Positions 1-7,670 of a stretch of 39,041 bases of DNA are shown here, piece after piece. A program made the translations under genes and the position numbers. How positions within the stretch are numbered: the first letter of the stretch is position 1; every line of letters begins with the position of its first letter. The notes beneath the pieces were generated by a model, which saw nothing but the letters and a program-made list of their open reading frames with translations, made no database searches and was not told the DNA's origin. The DNA lies in the IMG/VR virus record IMGVR_UViG_3300024581_002769, positions 1-39,041 of that record; one strand, written 5' to 3'. Source of the DNA: a virus.

Positions 1-94
1 CACTTACATTTGCGTTGTATATGCATGGTTCGTAGTTACATATATTCCATCCAGAAGTTACATTTGCGTTGTATATGCATGGTTCGAAGTTAAA
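1..94. repeat. Terminal redundancy / circular-closure overlap (identical to 38948-39041)
   Basis: Direct read: the first 94 nt (cacttacatttgcg...ggttcgaagttaaa) recur exactly as the last 94 nt of the window. Confidence 0.95.
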
Positions 95-190
95 TATACG
101 CATTTCAGCAGTTACATTTGCGTTATATATGCAGGGTTCTAAGTTCCATATAGACACACCAGTAGTTACATCCTCGTTAATTATTTTCAT
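1..190 (-). CDS. 18-residue-repeat protein, copy E, 5' part (ATG at 190; continues across the junction into 38947-38868)
   Basis: Hand translation: MKIINEDVTTGVSIWNLEPCIYNANVTAEMRIFNFEPCIYNANVTSGWNICNYEPCIYNANVS... Joined length is 270 nt (89 aa plus stop), in frame across the overlap. Confidence 0.75.
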   Translation of the reverse strand, partial: MKIINEDVTTGVSIWNLEPCIYNANVTAEMRIFNFEPCIYNANVTSGWNICNYEPCIYNANVS

Positions 191-313
191 AATAATAAGC
201 AGTTTTAAATCTTGCTCAGGATTATTTCATTTATTAAAAACATTATTTAACTGTATTCATTTATTTTATTTTTAAAACCCCTAAATAGTTAAAAATAGGA
301 TTTCTTTTTGTTT

Positions 314-547
314 TTATAAATTTATAATTTTAATTATTGAGTCGATTATTCTATTATATATTTTTGTTTTAATTATCAACGTAAATATAAAATAAAGTAT
401 TAATAATGGAATTGTAATTACCCAAAACAAAGAAAATATGAATATATAAAATGTAAATTCTTCTTCTGTAAATTCATCTGTTTTCTTAATTGTAATTCCG
501 TATGATATTAAAAATATTATAAAAGATATTATAAAATATGTAATCAT
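314..547 (-). CDS. Small membrane protein (two hydrophobic segments), unknown function
   Basis: ORF track, ATG start. Two long Ile/Phe/Leu-rich stretches. Confidence 0.55.
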   Translation of the reverse strand: MITYFIISFIIFLISYGITIKKTDEFTEEEFTFYIFIFSLFWVITIPLLILYFIFTLIIKTKIYNRIIDSIIKIINL

Positions 548-559
548 TTTTTATTATTT

Positions 560-1687
560 TTAAGTTTCGCAAATAAGCATATTAAAATACTCTTCTTTTG
601 TAAGTGAAATCAAATCATCTTCTTTTGAGTTGTAAAGAGGTAATTCATCATTTTCAATATATAATGTATCTCCTTGTCTTTTAAATAATACTTCTTTGCC
701 TTTTGAAATTAAGTTCTTAACTTCATTATAAACTTTTCTATCTATTTTATGAACGCTTGCTATTGCATCTAAAGGTTCTCTGTACTTGTCTATCCAAATC
801 CATGCTTCCTCATTAGTAGAAGTACACCAACATCTTACCGCGTAAGCTAGTTCCCCGCTTTCTACTTCATCAGATAATTCACTAACATCTATACTATAAA
901 CTTCATATATATTATGTTTTACAAATGAATATCTATCGTATTTTTTAGTAAAAGTATAACCTTCCTTTTCTGATTCTGAGAAATCACCATCTTTGCTGTA
1001 CCATCCATCTTTTTCAGCAAATCTATAGTAGTTCATTTCTTTTCCATCTACTGAAATTCTTTTTTTTGTTTTTGAATATTTAAAAAATTCAACTGGGTTT
1101 ATACAGTCAAAAGCTAACACTTGAGTAGATTTGCAATTTATTAAAAAAGCCTCTTCCATTGTGATAGGATCTATAGTTTCATAAATACCTTCTAAGTAAT
1201 TTAATAATTTATTAGTATACCTATCATCCGTTACTTTTGTTCCATTCAATAAAACGGATTCATTTATCATTTTATGAACAAACTCAATTATTTCTTCTGA
1301 ATCTTTAATATCATTATTAAATACTATTTTTGTTTTAAGATCATCTAAAGTATAGTTGTATATAGATAAAACTTTTTCAAATGCAGTTTTTGTATCAAAA
1401 TCTCCTTCAATTGAATTTATTATTTTTACAACTTTACTTTTATCCAAATTTCTTTCTACTAAATTTGGATAAAATTCTCTTTCTTTAAAAATTTCAAATG
1501 TCTTATATTTTGCTCTCATTAATTTACAAAAGAACTCTATATTATAATTCTCTTTATTTTTATTAGAATTTAATATACCTAAGGCATTTATACTATAATT
1601 AATTGACCCTTTTGATATAAAAAGACATTTTTTTAAAAAGTCTTTTTGTTCTTCTGTTAATTTGTTTCTTAAATCTTTTGTTTCCAT
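560..1687 (-). CDS. Hypothetical protein, 375 aa
   Basis: Long ORF with ATG start, directly downstream of promoter cassette A1. No motif recognised. Confidence 0.7.
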   Translation of the reverse strand: METKDLRNKLTEEQKDFLKKCLFISKGSINYSINALGILNSNKNKENYNIEFFCKLMRAKYKTFEIFKEREFYPNLVERNLDKSKVVKIINSIEGDFDTKTAFEKVLSIYNYTLDDLKTKIVFNNDIKDSEEIIEFVHKMINESVLLNGTKVTDDRYTNKLLNYLEGIYETIDPITMEEAFLINCKSTQVLAFDCINPVEFFKYSKTKKRISVDGKEMNYYRFAEKDGWYSKDGDFSESEKEGYTFTKKYDRYSFVKHNIYEVYSIDVSELSDEVESGELAYAVRCWCTSTNEEAWIWIDKYREPLDAIASVHKIDRKVYNEVKNLISKGKEVLFKRQGDTLYIENDELPLYNSKEDDLISLTKEEYFNMLICET

Positions 1688-1719
1688 TTTTTTATTTTTT
1701 GTTATTATTAATTACAGTA

Positions 1720-1770
1720 CAAATGTAATTTTTTTTATAGTGCGATTTTAAACTTTAACACTATTTAACA
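1720..1770 (-). promoter_or_regulatory. Class-A promoter cassette A1: TGTTAAA-N3-TGTTAAA-N26-TACATTTG (minus strand)
   Basis: -7 box TAnnTTTG at 1720-1727, TGTTAAA repeats at 1754-1760 and 1764-1770. Same 51-bp geometry as five other loci. The ATG of the 560-1687 gene lies 32 nt downstream. Confidence 0.6.
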
Positions 1771-2086
1771 ATTCAGCATTAAATATTAAATGATCGTACT
1801 GTTTGTAATAGGATGGTTCTAAGTTCCATATACCCCGTCCAGCAGTTACATCGCCGTTGTATATACATGGTTCGAAGTTATCTATATCCCATTCAGTACT
1901 TACATTGCCGTTGTATATGCTTGGTTCGTAGTTACTTATATTCCATTCAGCAGTTAGATTGCCATGGTATATGCTTGGTTCGTCGTTCCATATAGACCGT
2001 TCAGCAGTTACATTGCCGTTGTATATGCATGGATCGTAGTTCCATATAGCCTGTTCAGCGCTTACATCCTTGTTAATTATTTTCAT
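1748..2086 (-). CDS. 18-residue-repeat protein, copy A (5 units)
   Basis: MKIIN start, units NVTAExxIxNxEPCIYNG, C-terminus YDHLIFNAELL plus NSVKV tail encoded by the promoter cassette. Confidence 0.75.
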   Translation of the reverse strand: MKIINKDVSAEQAIWNYDPCIYNGNVTAERSIWNDEPSIYHGNLTAEWNISNYEPSIYNGNVSTEWDIDNFEPCIYNGDVTAGRGIWNLEPSYYKQYDHLIFNAELLNSVKV

Positions 2087-2110
2087 AGTAATTTTAATTA
2101 TTTTTTTTGT

Positions 2111-2467
2111 TTAGAAGGGCAAATCTTCAAAATCTTCTCCTTTTGAATCTGAACTCATATCAACTGGAGGTATGTTATTAATTTCAGGTGCATTTTCTTG
2201 TTTTTCAACCCTCCATCCTACAATTGAATTAAAATATCGTGTCACTCCTTCAGGATTTGTCCATTCACGTCCACGTAGATTTATTGATACTTTTACATTA
2301 TCCCCTTCTTTATATTGATTTAATACTTCTGTTTTATCTTTTAAAAACTCAATACTAATATCTTGGGGGAATTGTTCTAAAGTTGTAACTATTAATTCTC
2401 TTTTTTTAAACCCACTATCAAATGTTTGCGTTTTGAATACTTTTTTAATTTTTCCTATTACTTCCAT
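2111..2467 (-). CDS. Single-stranded DNA-binding protein, DUF3127-type OB fold with acidic C-terminal tip
   Basis: Pattern KIKKVFKTQTF...KKRELIVTT...VSINLRGREW...NSIVGWRVEK resembles Bacteroidetes DUF3127 proteins. C-terminus GEDFEDLPF resembles the SSB tip DDDIPF. Confidence 0.65.
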   Translation of the reverse strand: MEVIGKIKKVFKTQTFDSGFKKRELIVTTLEQFPQDISIEFLKDKTEVLNQYKEGDNVKVSINLRGREWTNPEGVTRYFNSIVGWRVEKQENAPEINNIPPVDMSSDSKGEDFEDLPF

Positions 2468-2468
2468 T

Positions 2469-3185
2469 TTATTTTTTGTTTAATTTTTCGTTATTAACAA
2501 TTGAATTTATTTTATCTTTAACTATTTCCATAATATCTTTAATCGAATTTATAATGTCTTCGTTACGATCTACTCTTATAATATTGATTTGCAATCCCTC
2601 TATCAAATCAGGATCATAGGTTATAAAATCACACCATTTACGCCCTGTAATCCATAAATAACCTTGTATCTGATATATATAATCATTGTTATATATTTCG
2701 CCTGTCATAAGACTTTTTAAATGATTACCACCATTATAAGGACATTTAACCTCTATTATACCTTCACTCCCTACAAAACCGTCTGGTGTTCCTCCTATGA
2801 AATCATCGTATTTAATAAATGATTGTTCTGATATAACTTTATTACCTGTATACTCTTGATATTTTAAAATCGCCTCTCCTTCATAGTCATTACCATGTTG
2901 CATCTCTTTACTTGACACATTTAGCCTTCCTAATCCATTTGACACGTTCCCGCTTTTCAAAAGTCTTTCCCAGGCTATTTTGTAAATCAACTTTTCAGAT
3001 GTCATAGATTTTGAAACCGTATAGGTTTTTTTGTCTTTAGATTTCACGATCAATTTTCCAAAATTAGACCCCGTAATCATTCCTAAACGATCTCTATACC
3101 ATTTATCTGTAGAATCTTCTACATTAATTGTTTCGATATAATCATCATTTGTTATATCCTTTCCTATTTCTTTTAACCAATTCAT
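2469..3185 (-). CDS. YqaJ-like (lambda Exo-type, PD-(D/E)XK) recombination exonuclease
   Basis: RLGMITGSNFGKL near the N-terminus and TPDGF...GIIEVKCP catalytic motif. The track start at 3191 is TTG; the first ATG is at 3185. Confidence 0.8.
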   Translation of the reverse strand: MNWLKEIGKDITNDDYIETINVEDSTDKWYRDRLGMITGSNFGKLIVKSKDKKTYTVSKSMTSEKLIYKIAWERLLKSGNVSNGLGRLNVSSKEMQHGNDYEGEAILKYQEYTGNKVISEQSFIKYDDFIGGTPDGFVGSEGIIEVKCPYNGGNHLKSLMTGEIYNNDYIYQIQGYLWITGRKWCDFITYDPDLIEGLQINIIRVDRNEDIINSIKDIMEIVKDKINSIVNNEKLNKK

Positions 3186-3187
3186 AA

Positions 3188-3679
3188 TCAATATATTGTT
3201 TCTGTTGAATTTAAATGCGATCCAAATAATCTACCTATTTTTTTTGCAGCATTACTTATTGCAAAACTTAATGCTGCAGGAACATTTTTATGTAATGCCT
3301 TAGGGTTCAATTTTGTAAAATCTGTTGGATGAGCATTTTTTGTAACCTCTATTGGAACAGCACCTACTCCAGCATATGTAAGCCAATCACCTAAAATAGG
3401 ATGGTAAACTTTAAGCTGTACATGTATAACAACTGAATTTCCTAGTACCCTTGGGTCTCCTTGTTCTACTTGCCAAAAAGGATATATTTCATTCAACAAT
3501 TCCTCAACAATTCTAATAGGCAAATAATTCGCATTTTGTGAATATTTATTTTGTTTAATCCAATTCTTTGAAGGGCTTTTATTAACTAATGATTTAAATT
3601 CTTGTAAGTTCTCATATTTTTTAACCCCATCTTTATCTACTGGTATTAATTCGTAATTTGAATGTTTTTCTATTGACAT
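3188..3679 (-). CDS. Single-strand annealing protein, Rad52/Sak-like
   Basis: NANYLPIRIVEELLNEIYPFWQVE resembles the Rad52-fold core. Adjacent to the exonuclease and SSB genes. Confidence 0.55.
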   Translation of the reverse strand: MSIEKHSNYELIPVDKDGVKKYENLQEFKSLVNKSPSKNWIKQNKYSQNANYLPIRIVEELLNEIYPFWQVEQGDPRVLGNSVVIHVQLKVYHPILGDWLTYAGVGAVPIEVTKNAHPTDFTKLNPKALHKNVPAALSFAISNAAKKIGRLFGSHLNSTETIY

Positions 3680-3703
3680 AATTTTTATTTTTAATATTAT
3701 TTT

Positions 3704-3808
3704 TTATAAATCTATACTTTTTTCTTTTACAAATTCTTTACATGTTTGTACAAATGAAATTACTAAATAATTTAATAATGTACATAATTTATTAATTTTT
3801 CTTTTCAT
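3704..3808 (-). CDS. Possible small ORF (34 aa)
   Basis: Hand translation MKRKINKLCTLLNYLVISFVQTCKEFVKEKSIDL*, starting 6 nt after the upstream gene. Fills an otherwise empty gap. Confidence 0.25.
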   Translation of the reverse strand: MKRKINKLCTLLNYLVISFVQTCKEFVKEKSIDL

Positions 3809-3814
3809 GATATT

Positions 3815-4114
3815 TTAAAATGTTTCGGGTATATAATTATCTTTTATTTCTTTCTCCAATATCTTTAAATCGGATATATGTAGTTCTTGTAAATCTCCAT
3901 TTTTATCGAAATAATTAATATTAGAACAATACAGTTTTCTATCGTATACTGTTATACAATTAACGTCTGTATCCTCGTCTACTTTATATTCTATTAAGTA
4001 ATCAAATTGAATTGAACAGGCATCATATGTTTCAATTTCTATAAAGCCATTTTGTGAATTTTCATTATGATCTTCAATTTCAATGTCGAACGGTTTTATT
4101 CTGTAAATTTCCAT
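3815..4114 (-). CDS. Hypothetical protein (99 aa from ATG 4114)
   Basis: The track start at 4132 is a TTG lying inside the TATATTTG -7 box. The first ATG (MEIYRIKPF...) is at 4114. Confidence 0.65.
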   Translation of the reverse strand: MEIYRIKPFDIEIEDHNENSQNGFIEIETYDACSIQFDYLIEYKVDEDTDVNCITVYDRKLYCSNINYFDKNGDLQELHISDLKILEKEIKDNYIPETF

Positions 4115-4129
4115 AAATTTATTTTTATA

Positions 4130-4180
4130 CAAATATACAAAATAACAACGTTAATTTTATAAGTTTAACATATTTTAACA
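4130..4180 (-). promoter_or_regulatory. Class-A promoter cassette A2
   Basis: TATATTTG at 4130-4137, TGTTAAA repeats at 4164-4170 and 4174-4180. Exact N26 and N3 spacing. Confidence 0.6.
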
Positions 4181-4183
4181 TAA

Positions 4184-4210
4184 TAAAAAAACCAGCCAAA
4201 TAAGGCTGGT
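4184..4210 (-). terminator. Rho-independent terminator
   Basis: Minus strand ACCAGCC-TTATTT-GGCTGGT followed by a T7-8 run. Lies downstream of the 4299-4745 gene. Confidence 0.7.
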
Positions 4211-4272
4211 TAAAAAAATAATTAATTTTAAATTATGAAAATGAAAAACCTAAAACAAAGATTTGTTACATG

Positions 4273-4280
4273 CAAATATA
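4273..4280 (-). promoter_or_regulatory. Isolated TATATTTG -7-like box upstream of terminator 4184-4210
   Basis: Exact TATATTTG on the minus strand in intergenic DNA. No gene lies between it and the terminator. Confidence 0.3.
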
Positions 4281-4298
4281 ATGATTTATTTTTATTAT

Positions 4299-4745
4299 TT
4301 ATAAATCGTCATTAAAATATTTATCAATTATTTCTTTTGTTTTTTCAAACCCAATTGAAAAACAAGCATAATAACCGTTTTTTAAATGACTTTTAATCAC
4401 TTCATGCTGTGCTTTTATATGTTCTCCTTTTTTTCCTGCAAAATAATCACCGTTTTTTTTGAATAATCTAGTAGGCTCTTTATGACTCTTGTCTTCAAAT
4501 TCCTTTTTTAATTCAATAAATAATCCTGAATATTTTTTATTCGGCTTAGGTATAAATAAATCACTTGTGCCTTTTAAGTTTCCTAAATACTTAAATTTAT
4601 AACGTTCAAAAGGTGTTTTTTTACTTTCAGTATTGCAAGCTATAGGATTGATATTGTACTGGTCCTTTACATAATTAACTATATTATGCTGTAAATGATC
4701 CTCTTCTCCTAAAAACTTATAAAATGGATTTCTTTTTATACTCAT
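4299..4745 (-). CDS. VRR-NUC domain nuclease (PD-(D/E)XK)
   Basis: GTSDLFIP...YSGLFIELKK matches the VRR-NUC G-x-PD...E-x-K pattern. Confidence 0.65.
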   Translation of the reverse strand: MSIKRNPFYKFLGEEDHLQHNIVNYVKDQYNINPIACNTESKKTPFERYKFKYLGNLKGTSDLFIPKPNKKYSGLFIELKKEFEDKSHKEPTRLFKKNGDYFAGKKGEHIKAQHEVIKSHLKNGYYACFSIGFEKTKEIIDKYFNDDL

Positions 4746-4747
4746 AT

Positions 4748-5143
4748 TTATTTTTTTAAAAATTCTGATTTTAAACCGCTTAAATGTGTTCTCATTGCGT
4801 CCATAACATTATTAGATGATTTAGTAGTTAACCTTAATAAATTTAATTCAGGTACTTCATTATCAACTTGTATTTTTGCTTTTGCCACAGACATTCCTTT
4901 TTTAGTTAGCTCAAACATTCTAGCATTCCATTTTTTATAAAAAAGTCCTCTTTCACTTTCTAAATAATAAGTTATAGAGCTTATTTTACGTAATAAATAC
5001 ATTATGTTATCTCCGTTTAAATTATCATTTGTTTGATAAGTGTCAATATGATCGTGTAACTCTAATAAAGAACTTTCAAATTTATTTTTATTTTCTTTCT
5101 CTTCCATAATATCAATTTCTCCAAATATATTAATTTGTTTCAT
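4748..5143 (-). CDS. Hypothetical protein, 131 aa
   Basis: ORF with ATG start; ATGA overlap with the next gene. Confidence 0.6.
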   Translation of the reverse strand: MKQINIFGEIDIMEEKENKNKFESSLLELHDHIDTYQTNDNLNGDNIMYLLRKISSITYYLESERGLFYKKWNARMFELTKKGMSVAKAKIQVDNEVPELNLLRLTTKSSNNVMDAMRTHLSGLKSEFLKK

Positions 5144-5436
5144 AAGTTATTTATTAAGTCACGACAAATAAAAGGAGGTACACCCATGTATTTACTCATT
5201 AAAAATACATTTGGATTTTTATTACCTTTTAAATAGAATTTTGCTTTTTTATTAATTTCTTCTAATTCATTTTTACAATAATTAAACTCATTATTACTAA
5301 TTTGTTTTCCGTCAATATTAATTCCAGTGTAATTATATTTATAAATTTTTCCATTTTTATTTTTAGAAGTCATATTTACATTATATAATTCATTTATTAA
5401 TTTTGATAGTATTAAATTTTTACGCCTTTTTTCCAT
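5140..5436 (-). CDS. Hypothetical protein, 98 aa
   Basis: ORF with ATG start, in operon context. Confidence 0.55.
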   Translation of the reverse strand: MEKRRKNLILSKLINELYNVNMTSKNKNGKIYKYNYTGINIDGKQISNNEFNYCKNELEEINKKAKFYLKGNKNPNVFLMSKYMGVPPFICRDLINNL

Positions 5437-5629
5437 TCCAAAATACTAATTTACTATTAATTCCTTTTTTAACAACTATTTTTTCATCCTTATGTAATTG
5501 ATTAAGAATTTTTTTTAAATCTATTATATCAATATTTAGTACATTCTTTAAAACAGCTAATGATGTTCCATTATGACCTCCTGTTGCATTATGTTTGTCT
5601 TGTAAAAATTTAATTAAATCTTTTTTCAT
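5420..5629 (-). CDS. Hypothetical small protein, possibly winged-helix
   Basis: ORF with TAATG overlap to the methyltransferase stop. Helix-rich basic sequence; weak call. Confidence 0.5.
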   Translation of the reverse strand: MKKDLIKFLQDKHNATGGHNGTSLAVLKNVLNIDIIDLKKILNQLHKDEKIVVKKGINSKLVFWNGKKA

Positions 5630-6567
5630 TAGAATAATGTTTTTTGATATTCAATTTTTTCATAAGTATTACAAAATAATTTTTCGTAAACTTTATTTTT
5701 AGTATTTGCACTTAATAATGACCGATGTTCAAATGAATCCACTTCATTAAATGGTAACTCATAACTACTCATATAAATTTTATAGGGACTTTTTTTAACA
5801 TAATTTAAAAAATCTTCTTGAGAAACATCCTTTTGATACTTAGCGGTGTTAAAATAAGGAGGGTCTAAATAAATGATAGTTTCGTCAATAGGTGTATTTA
5901 TTTTTACTTTGTCATAAGATAAGTTTGATATATTAAGTCGTTCCAGTCCTTCCAGTCCTTCCAGTCCTTCCAGTCGTTCCAGTTGTTGCAGTCGTTGCAG
6001 TTGTTCCAGTCGTTGCAAATCTAAACGACCTTTAATTTCTTTTTTTAAAAAAGACATTATTTTCAAACGCTTTTCTTTACTGTATTGTTTTTCTAATTTT
6101 GAAGTATCAATTTTAATTCCGTAATCTTTATCAAATAAATCTATATGATAATCCGAGTCATTGACTATTATTTCATGCAAAATGTGTTTTATTTTCTCGT
6201 TTTCTTCTGAAAATAAATATCCCTTATTAGCATTATTTCCAAAACTCCAGCAAGTTTTGATTAAACCAGCACGCCAATCATCATCATTAACGTGTTTTTT
6301 AAAATCCTCTCTTGAAACCCATTTTAAAAAATCATCTGTAAATCCATCTTTTTGTATTTTCTTTAAAAGATTAACAACTCCTGTATTAAGTTCATTATAA
6401 TAAACTTTTTGAATTTGTTTACGTTGTAAAGCTTCAAAAGATATTGCCCCACCTCCTCCAAATAAATCGTAAAAATATTTACAATTTGGATTATGAATTA
6501 ATATATAATCAATTATTTTTTTGGATAGTTTTCTTTTACTACCCATGTATGGTATTCCTAAACTCAT
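5629..6567 (-). CDS. N6-adenine DNA methyltransferase, Dam-like (alpha class), with internal tripeptide-repeat insert
   Basis: PYMGSKRKL, FGGGGAISFE (motif I FxGxG) and IIYLDPPYF (motif IV DPPY). Confidence 0.9.
   Translation of the reverse strand: MSLGIPYMGSKRKLSKKIIDYILIHNPNCKYFYDLFGGGGAISFEALQRKQIQKVYYNELNTGVVNLLKKIQKDGFTDDFLKWVSREDFKKHVNDDDWRAGLIKTCWSFGNNANKGYLFSEENEKIKHILHEIIVNDSDYHIDLFDKDYGIKIDTSKLEKQYSKEKRLKIMSFLKKEIKGRLDLQRLEQLQRLQQLERLEGLEGLEGLERLNISNLSYDKVKINTPIDETIIYLDPPYFNTAKYQKDVSQEDFLNYVKKSPYKIYMSSYELPFNEVDSFEHRSLLSANTKNKVYEKLFCNTYEKIEYQKTLF
5932..6021 (-). repeat. Ten tandem 9-bp units (ttccagtcc and variants) inside the methyltransferase gene
   Basis: Direct read. Encodes DLQRLEQLQRLQQLERLEGLEGLEGLERL between motif I and DPPY. 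Confidence 0.9.
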
Positions 6568-6842
6568 AATAATTTATTTACTATATATCTTAAATATTGT
6601 ACTTGTTGTTGATATAACTCGCAATTTTCTTTATGCTTAGCGTATAAATTTGTCCTTTTACCACCTCTATTTTGTTTTGTATAACCATTATAATTTAATA
6701 ATGATTCACTTGATTTATCAACTTTCTTTTGAAGTTTAAAAAGTTCATTTGAAGCGTTTTTTATTTCTTTCAACCTTTGTAAATGATTTAATCCATTCCA
6801 GTATTTATTTATTCTTTCCTTTGATATTTTTGAAATTTCCAT
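6564..6842 (-). CDS. Hypothetical protein, 92 aa
   Basis: ORF with ATG start; overlaps the methyltransferase start by 4 nt. Confidence 0.55.
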   Translation of the reverse strand: MEISKISKERINKYWNGLNHLQRLKEIKNASNELFKLQKKVDKSSESLLNYNGYTKQNRGGKRTNLYAKHKENCELYQQQVQYLRYIVNKLL

Positions 6843-6850
6843 ACATTTAA

Positions 6851-7009
6851 TTAAATACTTTTAAATCCTACACAATCATTTTCATCTCCATTAATTCTTT
6901 TTTCAAAATATTGCCTACTCAATAAATCACTATTAAAATCGCATCTTTCTATTGTTAAGTCTTGACTTTGATAAAAATTACAACAAGTATCACATATACA
7001 TTTTTCCAT
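6851..7009 (-). CDS. Small Cys-rich protein (52 aa), below the ORF-track threshold
   Basis: Hand translation MEKCICDTCCNFYQSQDLTIERCDFNSDLLSRQYFEKRINGDENDCVGFKSI*. The ATG lies 28 nt downstream of cassette A3. Confidence 0.5.
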   Translation of the reverse strand: MEKCICDTCCNFYQSQDLTIERCDFNSDLLSRQYFEKRINGDENDCVGFKSI

Positions 7010-7037
7010 AAATTTAATTTTATTATTAATTACATTA

Positions 7038-7088
7038 CAAAATTAGTTTTTTTTATATTGCGATTTTAAACTTTAACACTATTTAACA
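7038..7088 (-). promoter_or_regulatory. Class-A promoter cassette A3
   Basis: TAATTTTG at 7038-7045, TGTTAAA repeats at 7072-7078 and 7082-7088. Exact N26 and N3 spacing. Confidence 0.6.
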
Positions 7089-7296
7089 GTTCAGTATTAA
7101 ATATTAAATGATCGTAATTTTTGTAATATGATGGCTTGTGGTTATATATAAATCTTTCATCACTTACATTACCATTGTATATGCAGGGTTCGAAGTTAAA
7201 TATATCAAATCCAGCACTTACATTACCGTTGTATATGTATGATTCGAAGTTCCATATAGACCATTCAGCACTTATATATTCGTTAATTATTTTCAT
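7066..7296 (-). CDS. 18-residue-repeat protein, copy B (3 units)
   Basis: MKIINEY start, family units, C-terminus YDHLIFNTELLNSVKV. Confidence 0.7.
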   Translation of the reverse strand: MKIINEYISAEWSIWNFESYIYNGNVSAGFDIFNFEPCIYNGNVSDERFIYNHKPSYYKNYDHLIFNTELLNSVKV

Positions 7297-7667
7297 TTTA
7301 ATTGTTTTTTTGTTAGTTCATTTCTTAAAAATATATTTTCTTTTGCCCTTCTTTGTTTAAGAGTATATAGTTTCTTGTAATCGCTCTGCAATCTCATTGC
7401 ATAGTTATTTATGTTCATGAATTTCTTATATGTATTTGAGTTTTCAAATTTATATAATTCTTGATACATCTTATTTTGATCATTACTATGTAATTTAATA
7501 ATTTGATCTTTTTTTAAAGATATAAATTCAAGTTGAATATTTATTATGTAATTAAACATTTCAATATTTTCATTGTATCTATCTTTACTATCTATATTCT
7601 CTACTTCTAAATCCCATAGATTAAAGAACTCAAAAAGTATTTTTTTTATTTCTTTATTATCTTTCAT
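7293..7667 (-). CDS. Hypothetical protein, 124 aa
   Basis: ORF with ATG start; ATGA overlap with copy B. Confidence 0.55.
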   Translation of the reverse strand: MKDNKEIKKILFEFFNLWDLEVENIDSKDRYNENIEMFNYIINIQLEFISLKKDQIIKLHSNDQNKMYQELYKFENSNTYKKFMNINNYAMRLQSDYKKLYTLKQRRAKENIFLRNELTKKQLK

Positions 7668-7670
7668 ATC

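Noticed and set aside
69-275. Plus-strand ORFs running through the tandem-repeat genes (69-275, 1813-1995, 1964-2146, 7136-7360, 8799-8981).
   Set aside because: They are antisense shadows. The 51-54-bp repeats happen to be stop-free on both strands. The minus-strand frames have conserved MKIIN starts, a conserved C-terminus and operon context, whereas the plus-strand frames are low-complexity and have no promoter or start context.
197-313. Weak hairpin (cctaaatagttaaaaatagg) downstream of the 314-547 gene as a terminator.
   Set aside because: It has only a 4-bp stem with a short interrupted T run, which is too weak to call.
2469-4132. TTG-extended starts in the ORF track (3191 for the exonuclease and 4132 for the 105-aa ORF; also 35086 for the zinc-ribbon ORF).
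   Set aside because: The first ATG lies a few codons downstream in each case. The TTG at 4132 is part of the TATATTTG -7 box itself.
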